Notes: generated by a model not told the origin, from the letters alone. A DNA stretch of 64,000 nt from Candidatus Aldehydirespirator sp. (GCA_965261105.1 CBDHCM010000006.1:2399595-2463594), one strand, 5' to 3'; numbered from the stretch's first letter, positions 26,323 to 35,107 are shown. Numbers and translations are program-made.

Positions 26323-27717
26323 TCAGGCATCGGCGCCGGCGACGAGCCGCTGCACCAACCGCTCGAGGCCGGCAACTCGCGATCCCTTGACCAGCACGGC
26401 GTCGTCGGCGCCCAGACCGCCGAGGTCGCGCAGCGCGGCGAGGGCGCCGTCGACGCCCTCAACATCGGTGACGTCGGCGTCGCCCCGGGAGTACCCGGGA
26501 GCGTCGACCGCGACCACTCGCACCGCGAGCTCCGCGGCCAGCGAGCCGATGGCGGCGTGTTCGGTGGCCTCGAACTCCCCCAGCTCGGCCATGACGCCCA
26601 CGACGGCGATCCTGCGGGCCGCCGCCAGCGCGGCCAGGGAGTGCAGGGCCGCCCGCATCGACAGCGGGTTGGCGTTGTAGCAGTCGTTGAGCAGGAGCGC
26701 GCCGCCGGCGGCACGAACGACTTCCATGCGCAGCGGCGACAGCGCCGGCTCGGCCAATCCGGCGGCCACGTCCTCCAGCGAGGCCCCGAGCTCCAGGGCG
26801 GCCGCGGCCGCGGCCAGCGCGTTGTCGACCGAGTGCAGTCCCCTGGCCCCCAGCGTCACGGCACACTCGCCTGCGGGGCTGCGCAGGACGAAGCGCGGGA
26901 TCAGGTCGTCGCCGAGCGTCAGCTCCCCGGCCGCCACCTCGCCGCCGAGCCCGAAGGTGACCACCCGGGCGTCGGTGCTCGATGCCATGGCCGCTACTTC
27001 GGGCACCCCCGCGTTGAGGAAGGCCACGCCGCCCCCGCCGGCACCGGGAAGCGCCTCGACCAGCTCCCGCTTGGCCGCCACCACCGCGGCCAGAGAACCG
27101 AGCTCGCTGGTGTGGGAGAGGCCCACAGTGGTGACCACGCCCATGGTCGGCCGGGCCACGGCGCAGAGCCGGGAGATGTGCCCCGATCCCCTCGAGCCCA
27201 TTTCGACCACCAGCGCCTCGGTGCCCGTCGGAGCGGACAGCAGCGTGATCGGCACTCCGATCTCGTTGTTGAACGACCGGGTGCTGGCCCACACCCTCCG
27301 GTCTCCAGCCAGCACCGCAGCCAGCAGATCCTTGGTGGTGGTCTTGCCGGCCGATCCGGTCACACCCACCACCGGCACCGCCCCGAGGCGGCGGCGGGCC
27401 TGATGTGCGAGCGCGGCGAGGGCCTCCAGGGTGTCGCCCACTTCCACGGCCGCGGCGCCGGCCGCGACCGGACCTCGGGCGGTGAGGTAGGCGGACGCTC
27501 CAGCCGCGACCGCGTCGGCAATGAAGTCGTGACCGTCGCGCTCAGCCACCAGCGGCACGAACAGCATGCCCGGCCGCACGTCGCGGCTGTCCTGGCTCAC
27601 TCCGTCGACCGCAGTGGCGCCGTCGCCGTGCAGGCGGCCCCCGGTGGCCTCGGCGATCTCGGCCAGCGTCCAGCGCACGGCGCGAGTGTGACACGCGCCC
27701 GGCGATGACGTCGCCAC
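26323..27717 (-). CDS. murF: UDP-N-acetylmuramoyl-tripeptide--D-alanyl-D-alanine ligase
   Basis: VGVTGSAGKTTTKD, NNEIGVP, NDCYNANP, LVKGSR. A more likely start is GTG 27678 (VRWTLAEIAEATGG). Confidence 0.85.
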   Translation of the reverse strand: MATSSPGACHTRAVRWTLAEIAEATGGRLHGDGATAVDGVSQDSRDVRPGMLFVPLVAERDGHDFIADAVAAGASAYLTARGPVAAGAAAVEVGDTLEALAALAHQARRRLGAVPVVGVTGSAGKTTTKDLLAAVLAGDRRVWASTRSFNNEIGVPITLLSAPTGTEALVVEMGSRGSGHISRLCAVARPTMGVVTTVGLSHTSELGSLAAVVAAKRELVEALPGAGGGGVAFLNAGVPEVAAMASSTDARVVTFGLGGEVAAGELTLGDDLIPRFVLRSPAGECAVTLGARGLHSVDNALAAAAAALELGASLEDVAAGLAEPALSPLRMEVVRAAGGALLLNDCYNANPLSMRAALHSLAALAAARRIAVVGVMAELGEFEATEHAAIGSLAAELAVRVVAVDAPGYSRGDADVTDVEGVDGALAALRDLGGLGADDAVLVKGSRVAGLERLVQRLVAGADA

Positions 27718-27824
27718 CTGAGCGGTCTGTCCAGCGCCCTTCTCAACGCCCTGCCCGGCTCCCGCTCGCCGTCCGGGCAGCGCCCGCGCGGGGGCGACAC
27801 CCGCCCGGCGCTAGCGTCGCCGCC

Positions 27825-28979
27825 GTGGAGGACCGCAGGATCAGGCTGGTGGTGCTGTTCGGGGGGCGCTCCGCCGAACACGACGTGTCGTGCGTGTCGG
27901 CCCGCCACGTGGTGGCTGCCGCCGACCCGCGAAAGTACGTCGTCGAGGCGGTCGGCATCACCCGGGACGGCCGCTGGGTGAAGGCCGCGGAGGCGATCGA
28001 GGCCCTGAGCGCCGGCCCGGACGCGCTGCCCGAGCGGCTCAGCGCCGTCGGCCCCGAGGTGCAGCCCCTGCCCGCGCTGAGCACCGACTCAGAGCTTCGC
28101 AGCGCAAGCCGCAGCTCCAACCCTGGCGGTCCCACGGTTGTGCTGCCCATCCTTCACGGCCCTATGGGCGAGGACGGAACGGTGCAGGGCCTGCTGGAGC
28201 TGGCCGGGGTCCCCTACGCCGGAGCTGGTGTGCTGGCCTCGGCGCTGTGCATGGACAAGACCGCGGCCAACACCATGCTGGCCCAGGCCGGGATCGCCCA
28301 CACCCGCTGGCGCGCCGTCACCGTCGACGACCCCCACGCAGGCGACACCGATCTGGCGGCGGTCCTTGACGCCATGATCGAGGACTTGGGCCTGCCCGTG
28401 TTCATCAAGCCCGCAAGCATGGGATCCTCGGTCGGAGTCTCCAGGGCTTCGACCCGCCCGCAGGCGGCCGAGGGTCTGCGCCTCGCCTCGCGCTATGACC
28501 GCAGCATCGTCGTGGAGGAGGAGGCCCGGGCCCGGGAGATCGAAGTCGCCGTCTTGGGCAACGACCACCCCGAGGCGAGCCTGCCCGGCGAGATCGTCCC
28601 GGGCGCGGACTTCTACGACTACGCCGACAAGTACGACGACGGTGCTGAACTGGTGATTCCGGCCCCCCTCGACGACGACGAGGTCGCCACGTGCCGGCGC
28701 ATCGCCATAGACGCCTACCGGGCTCTGCGGGTGGAGGGGCTGGCCAGGGTCGACTTCCTGTACGAGGACGGCCGCGACGGCCGCGGCGACCGGGGCTGGC
28801 TGGTAAGCGAGCTCAACACCATGCCGGGCTTCACGCCCATATCGATGTACCCCAAGCTCTGGGCGGAGAGCGGCCTCGGCTACCCGCAGCTCATCGACCG
28901 GCTGGTGGACCTGGCCCTGGAGCGTCACGCCCGGCTCCAGCGCCACACTCTCACCGACCCGGCCACCCCGGCGTCGTGA
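27825..28979 (+). CDS. ddl: D-alanine--D-alanine ligase
   Basis: RLVVLFGGRSAEHDVS, HGPMGEDGTVQGLLE, KPASMGSSVGV, ELNTMPGFT. GTG 27825 chosen; the track start 27705 adds an Arg/Pro-rich extension overlapping murF. Confidence 0.85.
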   Translation: MEDRRIRLVVLFGGRSAEHDVSCVSARHVVAAADPRKYVVEAVGITRDGRWVKAAEAIEALSAGPDALPERLSAVGPEVQPLPALSTDSELRSASRSSNPGGPTVVLPILHGPMGEDGTVQGLLELAGVPYAGAGVLASALCMDKTAANTMLAQAGIAHTRWRAVTVDDPHAGDTDLAAVLDAMIEDLGLPVFIKPASMGSSVGVSRASTRPQAAEGLRLASRYDRSIVVEEEARAREIEVAVLGNDHPEASLPGEIVPGADFYDYADKYDDGAELVIPAPLDDDEVATCRRIAIDAYRALRVEGLARVDFLYEDGRDGRGDRGWLVSELNTMPGFTPISMYPKLWAESGLGYPQLIDRLVDLALERHARLQRHTLTDPATPAS

Positions 28980-29106
28980 GCTTCGGGCGGGCGCGCCGAC
29001 CGGGGCGGGAGCACCCCGGCCGCGCCGAATCGGGCGCCGTCGTGAGCCTCCGGCGCCCGCGGCCACTAGAACTCGTGAGCCTCCGGCGCCCGCGGCCACT
29101 AGAACT
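28975..29106. repeat. 33-bp tandem repeat x4 (two diverged + two exact) beginning in the ddl stop codon
   Basis: Exact units CGTGAGCCTCCGGCGCCCGCGGCCACTAGAACT at 29041-29073 and 29074-29106. CGTGAGC also spans the ddl TGA at 28975, 66 bp (2 units) upstream. Confidence 0.85.
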
Positions 29107-29112
29107 AACGGC

Positions 29113-31587
29113 GTGATCACCGAGTCTCTAGCCGGAAAGCGCATCGCCGTCACCGGCGCGACCGGGTTTCTGGGGACCGCGCTCACCGAGCGTCTGCTGC
29201 GCTGCGTGCCCGACTGCGAGCTGGTGCTGTTGGTGCGCCCGGGTCGGCGCGGCGCGGCCGCGCGGGTGCAGCGCGACGTGCTGCGCTACGACGCCTTCGA
29301 CCGACTCCGAGAGGAGATGAAGCAGCCGGACGCGGCCGAGACCTACAACGAGATGACAGCCCGGCGGGTCAAAGCCCTCGCCGGGGACGTGAGCACCGAC
29401 GGGCTCGGACTCGACGACGAGGGCCGGGCCCTGCTCGCCAGTTGCGACATCGTGATCCACTCGGCGGCCACCGTGAACTTCGACTCGGCCCTCGACGACG
29501 CCGTGGAGGTCAACCTGCTCGGACCGGCCCGGGTGGCCGAGGTGCTGAACGAGGAAGGCTCTGAAGCGCACCTGGTCGCGGTGTCCACCTGCTATGTGGC
29601 CGGCAGCCGGCGGGGCGCCGCGCCCGAGCAGATGGTGGACGAGTCGCCGTTCTTCACCGACGTCGGCTGGCGCGAGGAGGTCGCCAGTGCCCGCCGGGCC
29701 CGCCGAGACGCCGAGCAGGCCAGCCGCAGCCCCGAGCGCCTGGCCGCGCTGTCGGCCCAGTCCCGCCGGGAGCTGGGCGCAGCAGGCACACCGGCGCTGT
29801 CGGAGAAGGTGGAGAGCCTGCGCCGCCGCTGGGTGAACGAACAGATGACCGTGGCCGGCCGGGCCCGGGCAGCCAGCCTCGGCTTCCCCGACGCCTACGC
29901 CTTCACCAAGGCCCTGGGCGAGCGGGCCCTGGCCGAGACCCGCGGCGACATCGCGGTGACCATCGTGAGGCCCTCGATCATCGAGTCGGCCCTGGCCGAT
30001 CCCTATCCGGGATGGATCCGGGGATTCCGCATGGCCGAGCCGGTGATCGCGGCCTACGCCCGGGGATTGCTCAAAGAGTTCCCCGGGGTGCCCGAGGGCA
30101 TCGTCGACGTGATCCCGGTGGATCTGGTGGTGGCCACGATCCTGGCCGTGGCCGCCCGGGGCCCTGTCGATCCCAGCCCCGACGTCATCCAGATCGCCAG
30201 CGGCTCCATCAACCCGCTGAAGTACGGCACGTTGTTCGACCTGGTGAGCGGATGGTTCACCGAGCACCCCGTGTACGACGCGCACAACCAGCCGATCCCC
30301 GTGCCGCGCTGGTCTTTCCCCGGCCGCGGCAGGGTGGCCCGGCAGCTCCAGCGAGTCCAGCGCTCGCTGGAAACCGCCGACCGAGTGCTGTCCGCGCTGC
30401 CGCTGAGGGGACGCCACGCCGTGATGAGCGCCACCCTCGAAGAACGCCGCCTTCAGCTCGAGCGGGCCAGCGACTACGTCAAGCTCTACGGCGCCTACGC
30501 CGAGTGCGAGGCCATCTATCAGCTGGACCGCCTCATGGCGCTGTGGGACTCGCTCGACGACGCCGACCGCTCCGCATTCTGCTTCGACCCTCGCATCCTG
30601 GACTGGACCCACTACGTGCAGGAGGTGCACCTGCCGTCGATGGTGCAGCAGGCCCGTCTGAAGATGGCGCCCGGGGCAGGGGCAGGCCGGACTGAGTCCC
30701 GCTCGGCCCGGCTGCGCCGCCAGGTGCTGGCGCCGGAGCGCCACCTAGCCGTGTTCGACTTGGAGAACACGCTCATCGCGTCGAACGTGGTGGCCAGCTA
30801 CGCGTGGCTGGCCACCCGGCAACTCGGCGACCTCGACCGGGTGCGCTTCGTGACCCGCACGCTGGCGGAGGCGCCGAGGCTGCTCGCCTTGGACCGCCGC
30901 GACCGCAGCGACTTCCTGCGCTACTTCTACCGGCGCTTCGAGGGGGCCTCGAAGGACCGCATCGACGCCGACTGCGTGGAGATGCTCAGCGACCTGATAA
31001 TCACCAAGTCGTTCCCCCAGGGGATCCGGAGGGTTCGCGAGCACCGCCAGGCGGGCCACACGACCCTGCTCATCACCGGGGCGCTGGACTTCGTGGTGGC
31101 ACCGCTGCGGCCCCTGTTCGACCACATCGTGGCCGCGGAGATGGGGTCGAGCGACGGCGTCTACGACGGCCGCCTCACCGCCGTCCCCCCGACCGGCGAG
31201 GCCCGCTACCAGACGCTGGCCGACTTCACCGACCTCCACGGCCTCGACCTGCGGGAGTCGGTGGCCTACGCCGACAGCACATCGGACCTGCCCATGCTGG
31301 AGGCGGTCGGCTTCCCGGTGGCGGTCAACCCCGAGACCAAGCTGGCCGCGCTGGCCCGGAGGCGGGGCTGGCTGATCGAGCACTGGTCCACCAGCGCCGG
31401 CGCACCGGCCAAGCTTCTGCCGATGGCGCCCCGCATCCGCGGCCGAGCCCGTCCCGCTGCTCTAGCCGGATCCGCCGGCCTGCGGAAGTCCGCTGCTCTA
31501 GCCGGATCCGCCGGCCTGCGGAAGTCCGCTGCTCTGGCCGGATCCGCCGGCCTGCGGAAGTCCGCTGCTCTAGCGGGGTCCGCCTGA
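29113..31587 (+). CDS. fusion protein: fatty acyl-CoA/ACP reductase (NAD_binding_4, 'male sterility' type) + HAD-IB hydrolase
   Basis: N-terminal VTGATGFLG, IHSAATVNF, YAFTKALGE (Y..K), RPSII. C-terminal AVFDLENTL (DxD-type HAD motif I), LITGAL, YADSTSDLPML. Repeat-encoded tail. Confidence 0.8.
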   Translation: MITESLAGKRIAVTGATGFLGTALTERLLRCVPDCELVLLVRPGRRGAAARVQRDVLRYDAFDRLREEMKQPDAAETYNEMTARRVKALAGDVSTDGLGLDDEGRALLASCDIVIHSAATVNFDSALDDAVEVNLLGPARVAEVLNEEGSEAHLVAVSTCYVAGSRRGAAPEQMVDESPFFTDVGWREEVASARRARRDAEQASRSPERLAALSAQSRRELGAAGTPALSEKVESLRRRWVNEQMTVAGRARAASLGFPDAYAFTKALGERALAETRGDIAVTIVRPSIIESALADPYPGWIRGFRMAEPVIAAYARGLLKEFPGVPEGIVDVIPVDLVVATILAVAARGPVDPSPDVIQIASGSINPLKYGTLFDLVSGWFTEHPVYDAHNQPIPVPRWSFPGRGRVARQLQRVQRSLETADRVLSALPLRGRHAVMSATLEERRLQLERASDYVKLYGAYAECEAIYQLDRLMALWDSLDDADRSAFCFDPRILDWTHYVQEVHLPSMVQQARLKMAPGAGAGRTESRSARLRRQVLAPERHLAVFDLENTLIASNVVASYAWLATRQLGDLDRVRFVTRTLAEAPRLLALDRRDRSDFLRYFYRRFEGASKDRIDADCVEMLSDLIITKSFPQGIRRVREHRQAGHTTLLITGALDFVVAPLRPLFDHIVAAEMGSSDGVYDGRLTAVPPTGEARYQTLADFTDLHGLDLRESVAYADSTSDLPMLEAVGFPVAVNPETKLAALARRRGWLIEHWSTSAGAPAKLLPMAPRIRGRARPAALAGSAGLRKSAALAGSAGLRKSAALAGSAGLRKSAALAGSA
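31456..31587. repeat. 36-bp in-frame tandem repeat x3.6 forming the C-terminal tail (AALAGSAGLRKS)n of the reductase-HAD fusion
   Basis: GCTGCTCTAGCCGGATCCGCCGGCCTGCGGAAGTCC units at 31456, 31492 and 31528, with a partial unit at 31564 ending in TGA, which overlaps the next ATG (TGATG). Confidence 0.95.
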
Positions 31588-33200
31588 TGGCCGCTGAGCA
31601 CCACAAGACGCCTCGCCCGGGGCTGGTACTGGAAGTCGACCGGTCCACCCCGCCGGTCCTGTTCCACCACGGCGACGGCTTCCGCCTGGAGAGGCTGCCC
31701 GCGGGTCGCAGCCGGGTGATCTATCCGGCCGAGCCCGTCGCGGGCCTCGCCGACCCGGAGGCGGCCATCCGCGACGCCCTGCTGAACCCGCTCGACTCCG
31801 ACCCGCTGCCGGCGCTGTTGCGTCCGGGGATGAAGCTGACGATCGCCTTCGACGACGTGTCGCTGCCGCTGCCGCCGATGCGGCGGCCCGACATCCGCGA
31901 GCGAGTTGTCGAGCAGGTCCTCGACATGGCGGCCGCCGCGGGGGTGGACGACGTGCACCTGATCGCGGCGCTGGCCCTGCACCGCCGCATGACCGACGAC
32001 GAGCTGCGCCACGCCCTGGGCGAGCGGGTGTTCGACGCTTTCGCCCCCCAGGGGGCGCTGTACAACCATGACGCCGAGGATCCCGACGGCATGGTCGTTC
32101 TAGGCCGCACCGACCACGACGAGTTGGTCACCATGAACCGGCGGGCCGCCGAGAGCGACCTGCTGGTGTACGTGAACATCAACCTGGTGGCCATGGACGG
32201 GGGCTGGAAGTCCACGGCCACGGGCCTGGCCGACTACCGGGCGCTGCGCCACCACCACAACGTCCGCACCATGCAGCAGTCGCGCTCGTTCATGGACCAG
32301 CCCCGCTCGGAGCTGCACCGCTCCAACTGGCGCCAGGGAGAGGTGATCAAGTCCAACGGGCCCCCGATCTTTCAGATCGAGACCACCGTCAACAACAACA
32401 CCTTCGGACGGGACGGACCCCTGGCCGTGCTGCAGAAGCGCGAGTGGGAGTGGACGGTGAAAGACCGGGCCTCGTTCATGGCCATGCAGGCCGGGCTCAA
32501 GGCGATGCCCCCCTCGGGCCGCCGGGGCGTGTTCGGCCGCTGGCTGGCGCCCTATGAGTTGACTTCGGTACAGGCCGGGGCGGTGGAGGCGGTCCACGAG
32601 AGCACCACCGCCAATGTCATGGCCCAGCACCTGGTGCCGGTGAAGGGCCAGACCGACGTGCTCACCATGGGGCTGCCCTACATCTGCCCCTACAACGTGA
32701 ACTCGGTCATGAATCCGATCCTGGTGATGTGCCTGGGCCTCGGGTACTTCTTCAACCTGTACCGGGGCAAGCCCTTGGTGCGCGAGGGCGGCGTGGTCAT
32801 CATGAGCCACCCGACCCGATGGGAGTTCCACCCCGTCCACCATCCCAGCTACATCGACTTCTTCGAGCAGCTCCTGGCCTCCACCACCGACCCGGTCGAA
32901 CTCGAGGCCAAGTACGAGGAGCAGTTCGCCACCGACGAGTGGTACGTGCACCTGTACCGCACCAGCTACGCCTACCACGGTGTGCATCCCTTCTACATGT
33001 GGTACTGGGGGGCGCATGCCCTGCAGTGGCTGGGCCGGGTGATCGTGGTGGGCGGCGATCCGAGGGCAGTGCGCAGGATGGGCTTCCAGCCCGCCTCGAC
33101 CCTGTCGGACGCCCTGGAGATGGCCGGCGACGTGGTGGGGCCGTCGCCCACGATCACCCACCTGCACAACCCGCCGATCCTCATGGCCGACGTGGAGTGA
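31587..33200 (+). CDS. LarA-like protein (lactate racemase N-terminal domain / DUF2088 family)
   Basis: NPLDSDPLPALLRPGMKLTIAFDDVS, IAALALHRRMTDDEL, YNHDAEDPD, LLVYVNINLVAMDGGWKS...HHHN follow the DUF2088 pattern. 537 aa. Confidence 0.75.
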   Translation: MAAEHHKTPRPGLVLEVDRSTPPVLFHHGDGFRLERLPAGRSRVIYPAEPVAGLADPEAAIRDALLNPLDSDPLPALLRPGMKLTIAFDDVSLPLPPMRRPDIRERVVEQVLDMAAAAGVDDVHLIAALALHRRMTDDELRHALGERVFDAFAPQGALYNHDAEDPDGMVVLGRTDHDELVTMNRRAAESDLLVYVNINLVAMDGGWKSTATGLADYRALRHHHNVRTMQQSRSFMDQPRSELHRSNWRQGEVIKSNGPPIFQIETTVNNNTFGRDGPLAVLQKREWEWTVKDRASFMAMQAGLKAMPPSGRRGVFGRWLAPYELTSVQAGAVEAVHESTTANVMAQHLVPVKGQTDVLTMGLPYICPYNVNSVMNPILVMCLGLGYFFNLYRGKPLVREGGVVIMSHPTRWEFHPVHHPSYIDFFEQLLASTTDPVELEAKYEEQFATDEWYVHLYRTSYAYHGVHPFYMWYWGAHALQWLGRVIVVGGDPRAVRRMGFQPASTLSDALEMAGDVVGPSPTITHLHNPPILMADVE

Positions 33201-33460
33201 CCGGGCCATGCCGCGCGACGCCAACACCACCATGGCCGACGCCGGAGTGACCGGGCCATGCCGCGGGACGCCAACACCACCATGGCCGACGCCGGAGTGA
33301 CCGGGCCATGCCGCGGGACGCCAACACCACCATGGCCGACGCCGGAGTGACCGGGCCATGCCGCGGGACGCCAACACCACCATGGCCGACGCCGGAGTGA
33401 CCGGGCCATGCCGCGGGACGCCAACACCACCATGGCCGACCTGGAGTGACCGGGAGGGGG
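33182..33460. repeat. 50-bp tandem repeat x5.5 spanning the LarA-like stop and the PlsC-like ribosome-binding site
   Basis: Units at 33182 (49 bp), 33231, 33281, 33331 and 33381, plus a partial at 33431. Each has CATGGCC...GGCCATG (7-bp hairpin), GGAG, TGA and ATG. The last unit runs into GGGAGGGGG-N7-ATG 33468. Confidence 0.95.
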
Positions 33461-33467
33461 TGAGCTG

Positions 33468-34421
33468 ATGGGGATCGCGCACGACCTCGGCCTGGTGCGG
33501 ATGGGGCGCCGTCTGCCGTCGCCGGCGCGCGCCCTGCGGGCTCGCACGTTCCCGCTGCGGGCGCCCAACGTCCCGCGAGGGGTGAAGCCACCGGAGACGC
33601 CGGGCCGCCTCGGCGCCGACTACGACACCGATTGGGCTCGCCGCTGGCCGGCCCGGATGTGCCGGGCCGCGATCCTCGAGGGTCCGATGCGGGCCATGGT
33701 GCAGGTGCTGGCCTCGCCCAGCCGCCGCGGCGCCGACCGGCTGGCCGATCTGGACGGCCCGTTGATCTTCGCGGCCAACCACCACAGCCACATCGACACT
33801 CCCCTGCTTCTCACGTCGATCCCCGAGCCGTGGCGCCACAAGATCGTGGTGGGCGCGGCCGCCGACTACTTCTTCGGCACCAGGGTGTCCGGCGCGGTCG
33901 CCGCCCTGGTGAGCGGGGCCATCCCCATCGAGCGGGCCCGGGTGGGCCGCCGCTCCGCTGACCTCGCCGCGGGGCTGATCGACGGCGGATGGAGCCTGCT
34001 GATCTACCCGGAGGGCGGGCGCAGCCCCGACGGCTGGGGACAGCCGTTCCGGGGCGGGGCCGCCTACCTGTCGGTGCGCTGCGGAGTGCCGGTGGTGCCG
34101 ATCCACGTCGGCGGCACCGGCAGCATCCTGCGCAAGGGCCGCACGATGCCCAAGCCCGCCGAGGCCACCGTGACCTTCGGCACTGCGTTGAGGCCCGACG
34201 AGGGCGAGCGGGCCCCCCGGTTCGCGGCCCGGATCGAGGCCGCCGTGACCGCTCTGGCCGACGAGGCCGGCACCGACTGGTACTCGGCCCGCAAGCGGGC
34301 CCACGCCAGCACGAGCGGCACCCTCACCGGCCCCGACGCGGGGGTCTGGCGCCGCCAATGGGCCCTGGGCGGCCGCCGCCGCACCCCGTCGACCCGCTCC
34401 CGCCGCTGGCCCGACCTGTAG
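33468..34421 (+). CDS. lysophospholipid/glycerol-phosphate acyltransferase family protein (PlsC-like)
   Basis: FAANHHSHIDTP (HX4D block), YPEGGRSPDG (block III), VPVVPIHV. Confidence 0.8.
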   Translation: MGIAHDLGLVRMGRRLPSPARALRARTFPLRAPNVPRGVKPPETPGRLGADYDTDWARRWPARMCRAAILEGPMRAMVQVLASPSRRGADRLADLDGPLIFAANHHSHIDTPLLLTSIPEPWRHKIVVGAAADYFFGTRVSGAVAALVSGAIPIERARVGRRSADLAAGLIDGGWSLLIYPEGGRSPDGWGQPFRGGAAYLSVRCGVPVVPIHVGGTGSILRKGRTMPKPAEATVTFGTALRPDEGERAPRFAARIEAAVTALADEAGTDWYSARKRAHASTSGTLTGPDAGVWRRQWALGGRRRTPSTRSRRWPDL

Positions 34422-34583
34422 CCGCCTGTATTGCGGATCCGTCTGGACCACTGCCAGAACAGCTAGAGCAACGCGACAAGAGCCGAAATTTGGTATCCCT
34501 GTCGTGACCATTCATTTCGGCGGCACCAGCACCACTCCCCGCACAAGCCGGGTGCTGCCTCGACCGGCAGAAGCGACGGTGGC

Positions 34584-34862
34584 CTACACAGTTTGAGAGG
34601 GCTGGTGTTGCGCGCCGTACGGCTCGACTCGGACCACCCGCAGGCCCGGTACGGACCCGATGGCGGCGCGTGCCGAGGCGACCGCCTCCTTGAGGGTCGG
34701 GGCTGCCCGTCCGAAGTCGAGGAAGTCGCCGTCCGGATCGGTGCCCACCAGCGCGTCGTCGCAACCGGCCTCGAACAGCGCATCGAGAACCGCCTCGTCC
34801 ATGACGCTGACACCCGCGGTGCGGACGCTGAAATCGTGTACTGGCAGCGACGTCGCCATCAC
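34584..34862 (-). CDS. small conserved hypothetical protein (AGCDDALVG motif); possible antitoxin partner
   Basis: 92 aa; ATG overlaps the upstream stop (ATGA). Motif LDALFEAGCDDALVG...L.F.R.A.TLKEAV recalls a widespread small-protein family; function unknown. Confidence 0.45.
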   Translation of the reverse strand: MMATSLPVHDFSVRTAGVSVMDEAVLDALFEAGCDDALVGTDPDGDFLDFGRAAPTLKEAVASARAAIGSVPGLRVVRVEPYGAQHQPSQTV

Positions 34863-35107
34863 GCCCCCTCCTGTCGGCCTGGAATGCGCTTACAGTGCGC
34901 CACTTTACGCCGAATCCGACGTGCCAAGTCCTCCGGCGTCCGTGGCGAGCCCCACACCGCGACGCGGCACGAACTGCTCGGGCATACCACGAAACCCCAA
35001 GTGTGGCTCGACCGACCCCTCGACCTCACGACGGACCACCCGGCAGCGCGGGCTTGCTTGAGCGCCGTGCGCACCTCCTTCTTCGAATGCTCCAGTGGCG
35101 GCACCAT
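34859..35107 (-). CDS. small Cys-containing protein, HicA-like by pattern (tentative)
   Basis: KEVRTALKQARAAGWSVVRSRGRSSHTWGFVVCP...SPRTPEDLARRIRRKV resembles the HicA helix-GW-strand-SH layout. TATATT-N6-ATG suggests a leaderless start at 35107. Confidence 0.4.
   Translation of the reverse strand: MVPPLEHSKKEVRTALKQARAAGWSVVRSRGRSSHTWGFVVCPSSSCRVAVWGSPRTPEDLARRIRRKVAHCKRIPGRQEGA

Noticed and set aside
32100-34511. 803-aa minus-strand ORF and 136-191-aa minus ORFs through the 50-bp array
   Set aside because: Antisense to LarA-like and PlsC-like genes. The array has no stops in the minus frames, producing repetitive pseudo-proteins.
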